From contig JAZDJA010000297.1 in NCBI GenBank assembly GCA_043804415.1, forward strand, positions 3,911 to 67,910: DNA of 64,000 bases. The letters run 5' to 3'. Position numbers and translations under genes: made by a program. The notes below the pieces were generated by a model. That model was not told the DNA's origin. It made no database searches and worked only from the letters and a program-made list of their open reading frames with translations. Every line of letters starts with the position of its first letter. Position 1 is the first letter of the stretch. The stretch is from Candidatus Latescibacterota bacterium. GTDB lineage: Bacteria > Latescibacterota > 4484-107. Positions 58,783 through 64,000 of this stretch are shown one piece after another.

Positions 58783-58919
58783 AAAGGGAACAAAATAGCG
58801 GGCGGGATCTGCCTCTGAAAATATGCGGATTCCGCATAAAGGATAATTGTATGATTCCACATTCATTCTCAGTGTGGCAGATACCGAGTTGTCCTTCGCT
58901 CGCATAAACGGAGGCCAGG

Positions 58920-59369
58920 ATGCGTGTTGTGGTTCAGCGGGTCAAGCGCGCCGCCCTGCGGATCGAAGGGCAGATGCACGCGGAGATCGAAGAAGGATTG
59001 GTGCTTTTGATCGGGATCGGTCGTGGTGATACGGATGAGGATGCGGAATATGTGGCCGGGAAGTGCGCGGGGCTTCGGATTTTCGGGGACGAGTCCGGGA
59101 AGATGAGCTATACGGTCTCGGATGTCGGAGGCGAGATACTGGCCATCTCCCAGTTCACCCTATGCGGAGATACCCGAAAGGGGAAGCGGCCGAGCTTCAC
59201 GGAGGCTGCCCGTCCCGAGCATGCGGAGCCGTTGTATGAACGATTCCTGGCCGTGTTGCGGGGGCACGGATTGGACGTCCGAACGGGCGTTTTCGGAGCG
59301 CACATGGTGGTGGAGATTCTAAACGACGGGCCGGTGACCTTGATCGTGGAAGGAAGGCCGATTCAGTGA
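58920..59369 (+). CDS. dtd: D-aminoacyl-tRNA deacylase
   Basis: The product begins MRVVVQRVKRAALRIEG... and contains SQFTLCGDTRKGKRPSF and NDGPVT, aligning with E. coli Dtd. An ACGGAGG ribosome-binding site is present. Confidence 0.9.
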   Translation: MRVVVQRVKRAALRIEGQMHAEIEEGLVLLIGIGRGDTDEDAEYVAGKCAGLRIFGDESGKMSYTVSDVGGEILAISQFTLCGDTRKGKRPSFTEAARPEHAEPLYERFLAVLRGHGLDVRTGVFGAHMVVEILNDGPVTLIVEGRPIQ

Positions 59370-59556
59370 AGAGGGCTATTTTGGCAGGAAAAGTCACTGA
59401 ATGGCGTTTCTTGTGGCGCAATAATGCCACATGGGCAGTCTGATACTGGGTGTTGTTCGCAGTTGAAGAGGGATGGTCGGCGATCATTTTTCACGAGAAA
59501 GCCATTTAGAAAAGAAACAATAGATTGTAGTTACTGGCATCGACTTCTTTGTGGAT

Positions 59557-59572
59557 TGGCACGGGTTTTGCA
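59557..59572 (+). promoter_or_regulatory. Sigma-54 (RpoN) -24/-12 promoter upstream of hsp20
   Basis: The sequence is TGGCAC-gggtt-TTGCA. GG and GC are 12 nt apart, a perfect match to the YTGGCACG-N4-TTGCW consensus. It lies about 75 nt upstream of the hsp20 ATG. Confidence 0.6.
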
Positions 59573-59646
59573 TCAGGTAACAGGCAAGCGTGAAAACCAC
59601 GCAGGTGAATCCGTAACCATAAACACAAAGAAAGGAGGTGTCCATC

Positions 59647-60090
59647 ATGTCACTGGTGAAATGGAGCCCCAGAGGAAATCTCGACGTTCGGGATGAGATC
59701 AACCGGTTGTTCGGCAACTTCCTTCCTGATTTTTCGTGGGGAGGGGAGGCAATGGAAGGCTCGTGGGTACCGAAGGTGGATATTTCGGAGACCAACGGAG
59801 ATTTGGAGGTCGCTGCCGAGCTTCCCGGCTTGAGACGCGACGATCTCTCGATCCGTATCGAGAACAACGTGCTGACCCTAAAGGGGAAGAAACAGCGCGA
59901 AGAGAAAAAGGAAGGGGCGAATTACTATCGGGTAGAGCGTTGTTGTGGGGACTTCACCCGGTCGTTCGCGCTTCCGAGCGCGGTAGATACAGGCAAGACG
60001 AAGGCTACCTTCAAAGATGGGGTGTTGACCATCGTGCTTCCGAAGACGGAGGAGGCGAAGGGAAAGGAGATCCCGATCGTCGTGGAATAG
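59647..60090 (+). CDS. Small heat-shock protein (Hsp20/alpha-crystallin family)
   Basis: The ATG at 59647 has AAAGGAGG 8 nt upstream. The alpha-crystallin domain is recognisable (ELPGLRRDDLSIRIENNVLTLKGKK...GVLTIVLPK). Confidence 0.88.
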   Translation: MSLVKWSPRGNLDVRDEINRLFGNFLPDFSWGGEAMEGSWVPKVDISETNGDLEVAAELPGLRRDDLSIRIENNVLTLKGKKQREEKKEGANYYRVERCCGDFTRSFALPSAVDTGKTKATFKDGVLTIVLPKTEEAKGKEIPIVVE

Positions 60091-60102
60091 GCAGGGACTG
60101 AG

Positions 60103-60143
60103 CATTGGGGACCGGTGGTGTGACGGTCCCCAATGCTTTTCTT
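60103..60143 (+). terminator. Rho-independent terminator of hsp20
   Basis: The sequence is CATTGGGGACCG-gtggtgtga-CGGTCCCCAATG followed by CTTTTCTT. That is a perfect 12 bp stem with a U-rich tail, 13 nt after the stop. Confidence 0.75.
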
Positions 60144-60543
60144 GAGGACCAGAGGGGTGAACACGAGTTTTGGGCGAGCGGAGTCTATTTCGATCGCCCT
60201 TTTTTTGTTTGTTCTTTCCACGGAGGGATGTCTCCGGAACGATGGCACCAAGGCTGCGGGGTGTTAGGTTGGCATGTCCATTCTGGCGAACCGTCGATTG
60301 CACTGTCGCCCTCTCGCCCTTTTCGGTCTTTTCATTTTGATCAGCCCGGGCACAAAGAGAAAGATGGAACAAATGTGCCGTAAGGGTCGTATAATGAGGC
60401 ACTGCGAACTGAACGGAAGTTTGGAAGCCCGAATCCCAATCCGACTCATCAAGACCAGGAAGGAGTCGGCATCGCCTTCCAGGAGAGGGTTCGGAGTGGG
60501 CGGCTGGTCCCTCATCATCATACTTAAAGGAAGGAGCTCTGCT

Positions 60544-62043
60544 ATGACACGATCCATGAAAATCCTCCCGATGGTCTTCCTGTTGCTGGTCCTTGGCGTT
60601 TTTCTGTCTGCGGAGGTGGGATGGCTTGGTGAGGGACAAGCCGTTGCTGCCGAGAAGACAGCGGCTCTGGGATCCAATGAGGAAATCCCGGAGGCGATCC
60701 ATGCACTACAGAACACGGGTAAGGCGTTTGTGGCCATCGGAAAGAGCGTCAAACCTGCGGTGGTGGCCATTGAGACCAAGACCCAGGTTGAGCAACCGAA
60801 AGCTCAAGAGAGGCTTCGTACGCCTTTTGACGACTTTTTCGGCGGCGACCTTCGGCGACATTTCTCGCCCTTTCCTGAGGGACCGAGAAAAGGCCTCGGG
60901 TCCGGGGTGATCGTCAGGAAAGAGGGCTATATTCTGACCAACAATCACGTGATCCAGGGCGCGGATAAAATCAGCGTTTCCCTTTCGGACGGCAGGAAGT
61001 TCGAGGCGGAGGTTATTGGAAAGGACAAGCTGACCGATCTGGCGGTGATCAAGATCGACGGCGAGGATCTGTCGGTGATTCGGTTCGGGGATTCGGATGC
61101 GTTGGAAGTCGGAGAATGGGTGCTGGCGTTTGGAAATCCCTTCGAGCAGTATAATACCATGACCCAAGGCATTGTCAGCGCAAAAGGCAGGGAGCATCTC
61201 AACTTCGGGAGCACCACCCCCACCTACCAAAATTTCATCCAGACCACTGCCTTTATCAATCCCGGAAACAGCGGAGGGGCCCTCGTCAATTTGAAGGGGG
61301 AACTGGTGGGCATTAATGCGGCCATCCAATCCACGAACGGCGGGTTCATGGGCATCGGGTTCGCCATTCCGGTCAATATGGCGCAGAGCGTGATGGAGGA
61401 CCTAATAGGCAAGGGGCGAGTTGTTCGGGGATATCTCGGTGTGAATATCAGTGAAGTTGATGCCGATATGGCAGACGCGTTGAAACTGGATGAACCCCAT
61501 GGTGCGATGGTTCAGGAGGTAATGGAGGACGAGGGCGCCCAGCAGGCGGGCATGCAGGCCGGCGATGTGATCCTGGAGGTAAACGGGGAACGTATCGAGA
61601 ATACCAGTCACCTGCAGCGCACTATCGCACAGCAGGATCCTGGAAAACGAGTGGAACTGACCGTGTGGCGGGACGGCTCGAAGAAGAAGCTTCGTGTCCA
61701 GCTGGGAGAGCGCCCCGATGCGGAGCAGATGGCAGTGCACAAAGAGGAAGAGGACAGCAAATTGGGTGTTCAGGTGCAGGCACTGACCGAAGATATGGGG
61801 AGTCAACTAGGCTATCAGGACGAAAAGGGTGTGGTGGTCTCCTGGGTGGATCCGAACGGGCCGGCGGCGGAGAAGGGTATTCGGCGGGGCGATTTGATTC
61901 AGCAGATCGGGCGACGGAAGATCGCCTCGACCAAGGAGTATGACAAGGCGATGAAGGAACTTATCGCAGGTCAGGCGGTCATGATTTTGGTCAAACGCCA
62001 GGAAAGCGTGTTTTTTGTAGCCATCAAAATCCCGAAGGAGTAG
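60544..62043 (+). CDS. htrA: Periplasmic serine endoprotease DegP/HtrA (two PDZ domains)
   Basis: The ATG at 60544 has an AAAGGAAGGAG ribosome-binding site. The product has a signal peptide, the catalytic triad context (TNNHV, DLAVIKI, GNSGGAL) and two PDZ domains. The ORF-track N-terminal extension from 60274 is not supported. Confidence 0.9.
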   Translation: MTRSMKILPMVFLLLVLGVFLSAEVGWLGEGQAVAAEKTAALGSNEEIPEAIHALQNTGKAFVAIGKSVKPAVVAIETKTQVEQPKAQERLRTPFDDFFGGDLRRHFSPFPEGPRKGLGSGVIVRKEGYILTNNHVIQGADKISVSLSDGRKFEAEVIGKDKLTDLAVIKIDGEDLSVIRFGDSDALEVGEWVLAFGNPFEQYNTMTQGIVSAKGREHLNFGSTTPTYQNFIQTTAFINPGNSGGALVNLKGELVGINAAIQSTNGGFMGIGFAIPVNMAQSVMEDLIGKGRVVRGYLGVNISEVDADMADALKLDEPHGAMVQEVMEDEGAQQAGMQAGDVILEVNGERIENTSHLQRTIAQQDPGKRVELTVWRDGSKKKLRVQLGERPDAEQMAVHKEEEDSKLGVQVQALTEDMGSQLGYQDEKGVVVSWVDPNGPAAEKGIRRGDLIQQIGRRKIASTKEYDKAMKELIAGQAVMILVKRQESVFFVAIKIPKE

Positions 62044-62107
62044 CGAACTCGCTGATCAACTGCGGCCACCGCTCGGCTGAGGTCCCGCTCCGTCCGAGAA
62101 TCATCGA

Positions 62108-62170
62108 ACACCGAAGGCTAGCGAACAAGCTGAATCTGGGCTTTTTCTGCGACCTTCGGTGTTTCTTTTG
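62108..62170 (+). terminator. Candidate intrinsic terminator after htrA
   Basis: The sequence is ACACCGAAGG...(35-nt loop)...CCTTCGGTGT followed by TTCTTTTGGGGG. The loop is unusually long, and inner pairing is possible. Confidence 0.45.
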
Positions 62171-62451
62171 GGGGTTTGACCCAGACCATTGCCCTTCTTC
62201 GGGAGCAGTCGGAGATGTGCTGCCACGGCGGTGTTATGGATTCAATAGAGATGTCGTATTGACGTGATAAATGTCATAGTGGCCGCTCCTCCCTCAATGG
62301 AAGGGCCGGTTTTTGTTTCTGAGAAGGATGATTTGTGTCCCGAGCTCTTTTTACTTAAGGAATAGGAATCATCCGGTGATGTTGAGAGATAAGCGTTTAG
62401 CTCGTTGTGCTGCTAAGGAATAGCAGAGAGTAAGCGAGATGGGTCACTTGT

Positions 62452-62467
62452 TGGCACGTGGTTTGCG
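62452..62467 (+). promoter_or_regulatory. Sigma-54-like -24/-12 element upstream of dnaK
   Basis: The sequence is TGGCAC-gtggt-TTGCG, with GG and GC 12 nt apart. It lies about 95 nt upstream of the dnaK ATG. The -12 element is TTGCG rather than TTGCA/T. Confidence 0.45.
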
Positions 62468-62558
62468 TAGATTTATGCCAAAGGCTGAGCATGCTATCTG
62501 TTTCATATACCTTCTCACTGTATAGGCGCAGGGGGAGCATCCGACAAGGAGTGAAAAA

Positions 62559-64000
62559 ATGGGAAAAGTTATCGGCATTGACTTGGGAACAACGAACTCG
62601 TGTGTCGCGATTATGGAGGGCGGCGATGCCACGGTGATCCCCAATTCGGAAGGCGGACGTACGACACCCTCGGTGGTGGCCTTCACGAAGAGCGGCGAAC
62701 GCCCGGTCGGGGCCGCTGCCAAGCGACAGGCTATCACGAATCCTGAGAAGACTGTGTTCTCGATTAAGCGGTTTATGGGCAGGCGATACAACGAAGTGGT
62801 GCGGGAGATCGAGGAGGTGCCATTCAAGGTTTCGCGAGGGGGAAATGATACCGCGATGGTGGATATTGACGGGAAACATTACTCACCTCCGGAGATCTCC
62901 GCCATGATCCTTCAGAAGATGCGTCAGACCGCAGAGGACTATCTTGGAGAAAAGGTGACGCAGGCGGTGATCACTGTACCAGCCTATTTCAATGACAGCC
63001 AGCGTCAGGCCACGAGGGATGCTGGACAGATTGCTGGTCTGGAGGTGCTTCGGATCATCAATGAGCCTACGGCGGCTTCTTTGGCCTATGGATTGGCCAA
63101 GGAGCAGAAAGAGGAGAAGATCGCGGTCTATGACCTGGGTGGCGGGACATTCGACATCTCGATCCTGGAACTGGGCGATGGGGTATTCGAGGTGAAATCC
63201 ACCAACGGAGACACGCATCTTGGCGGAGATGACTTCGACAAGCGGATCATTGACTGGCTGGCTGATGAATTCCGGACTCAGCAGGGAATCGATCTCAGGA
63301 ACGATCCGATGGCTCTCCAACGCTTGAAGGAAGCGGCGGAGAAGGCCAAGTGTGAATTATCCTCCTCCATGCAGACAGAGATCAACCTTCCGTTTCTCAC
63401 CGCGGATCAATCGGGGCCTAAACATTTGCAGATCACCCTGTCTCGTGCCAAGTTAGAGCAGCTGGTGGACGACCTGATCCAGCGGTCGGTCGGGCCGTGT
63501 CGTCAGGCATTGGCCGATGCGGGAATGAGCGCCGATGACATAGACGAGGTGATTCTCGTCGGTGGTCAGACGCGGATGCCCAAGGTGCAGGAGATCGTGC
63601 GAAACGTCTTTGGAAAGGAGCCGCACAAGGGGGTCAATCCCGACGAGGTGGTGGCGCTCGGAGCGGCGATCCAGGGCGGCGTCCTTTCCGGTGACGTGAC
63701 GGATGTATTGCTTTTGGATGTGACCCCGCTGACTTTGGGGATTGAAACCTTGGGAAGCGTCGCCACGCCGCTGATCGAGCGCAATACGACGATTCCGACC
63801 AGGAAGAGCCAGATATTCAGCACGGCTGCGGACAACCAGACCACCGTGGAGATTCATGTGCTGCAGGGCGAACGGAAGATGGCTGTGGACAATCGGTCGT
63901 TGGGGCGATTTCATCTGGACGGAATTCCGCCTTCGCCCAGAGGCATGCCGCAGATCGAGGTGGCGTTCGATCTGGATGCGAACGGGATCCTGAACGTCTC
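62559..64000 (+). CDS. dnaK: Chaperone DnaK (Hsp70). Only the 5' part is present; the gene continues beyond the window.
   Basis: The ATG at 62559 has an AAGGAG ribosome-binding site. The product begins [22 protein letters not shown]... and contains [14 protein letters not shown] and [14 protein letters not shown]. It is absent from the ORF track because there is no stop in the window. Confidence 0.95.
   Translation, partial: MGKVIGIDLGTTNSCVAIMEGGDATVIPNSEGGRTTPSVVAFTKSGERPVGAAAKRQAITNPEKTVFSIKRFMGRRYNEVVREIEEVPFKVSRGGNDTAMVDIDGKHYSPPEISAMILQKMRQTAEDYLGEKVTQAVITVPAYFNDSQRQATRDAGQIAGLEVLRIINEPTAASLAYGLAKEQKEEKIAVYDLGGGTFDISILELGDGVFEVKSTNGDTHLGGDDFDKRIIDWLADEFRTQQGIDLRNDPMALQRLKEAAEKAKCELSSSMQTEINLPFLTADQSGPKHLQITLSRAKLEQLVDDLIQRSVGPCRQALADAGMSADDIDEVILVGGQTRMPKVQEIVRNVFGKEPHKGVNPDEVVALGAAIQGGVLSGDVTDVLLLDVTPLTLGIETLGSVATPLIERNTTIPTRKSQIFSTAADNQTTVEIHVLQGERKMAVDNRSLGRFHLDGIPPSPRGMPQIEVAFDLDANGILNV

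Noticed and set aside
62391-62425. CIRCE-like inverted repeat TTAGCtcgttgtgctGCTAA upstream of dnaK
   Set aside because: The arms are only 5 nt and the spacing is 10 nt. CIRCE is a 9-nt arm, 9-nt spacer element (TTAGCACTC-N9-GAGTGCTAA). No hrcA is in the window.
1-64000. CRISPR arrays, rRNA, tRNA, transposase or integrase genes, and toxin-antitoxin pairs
   Set aside because: None was recognisable by eye. No short regularly spaced direct repeats are present. No integrase or transposase motifs flank the low-GC island.

Overview
This is a high-GC (about 60-63%) bacterial chromosomal segment. The gene content points to a diderm of the FCB-like lineage: BamA, TamB, Skp, LpxD and an LpxC-FabZ fusion are present.

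From position 1 to about 47.8 kb, every supported gene (about 37) lies on the minus strand. In descending coordinate order they are: prfB (with its programmed +1 frameshift), lysS, lolE, lolD, mcsA-mcsB-clpC, the tamB-bamA-skp-lpxD-lpxC/fabZ outer-membrane cluster, a URO-D-family gene, scpB, an rluB-like gene, cmk, a small low-GC cupin gene, plsC, ispH, rpsA, mtaB, plsY, gpsA, a merR-family gene, acs, an MFS transporter, proS, and the rimP-nusA-(ylxR/L7Ae)-infB-rbfA-truB-ribF-rpsO-pnp operon. pnp is truncated at the window start.

A 1.1 kb region at 47.8-49.0 kb has no convincing ORF and marks a strand switch. All genes to its right are on the plus strand:
- an FtsX-like ABC permease plus ATPase pair;
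- an approximately 8.4 kb compositionally distinct low-GC island (about 50.5-58.9 kb). It encodes an HTH-PTS-EIIA fusion regulator translationally coupled to a six-gene Hyf/Hyc-type group-4-hydrogenase-like membrane complex. The NuoD/HycE-like large subunit of that complex has lost the canonical [NiFe]-ligating cysteines, so it is Ehr-like;
- dtd;
- hsp20, preceded by a perfect sigma-54 -24/-12 promoter;
- htrA;
- the start of dnaK, also preceded by a sigma-54-like promoter.

I recognised no rRNA, tRNA, CRISPR array or transposase. The ORF track counts GTG and TTG as start codons (shown as M). Where N-terminal homology and a ribosome-binding site allowed, I trimmed gene starts to an internal start codon.
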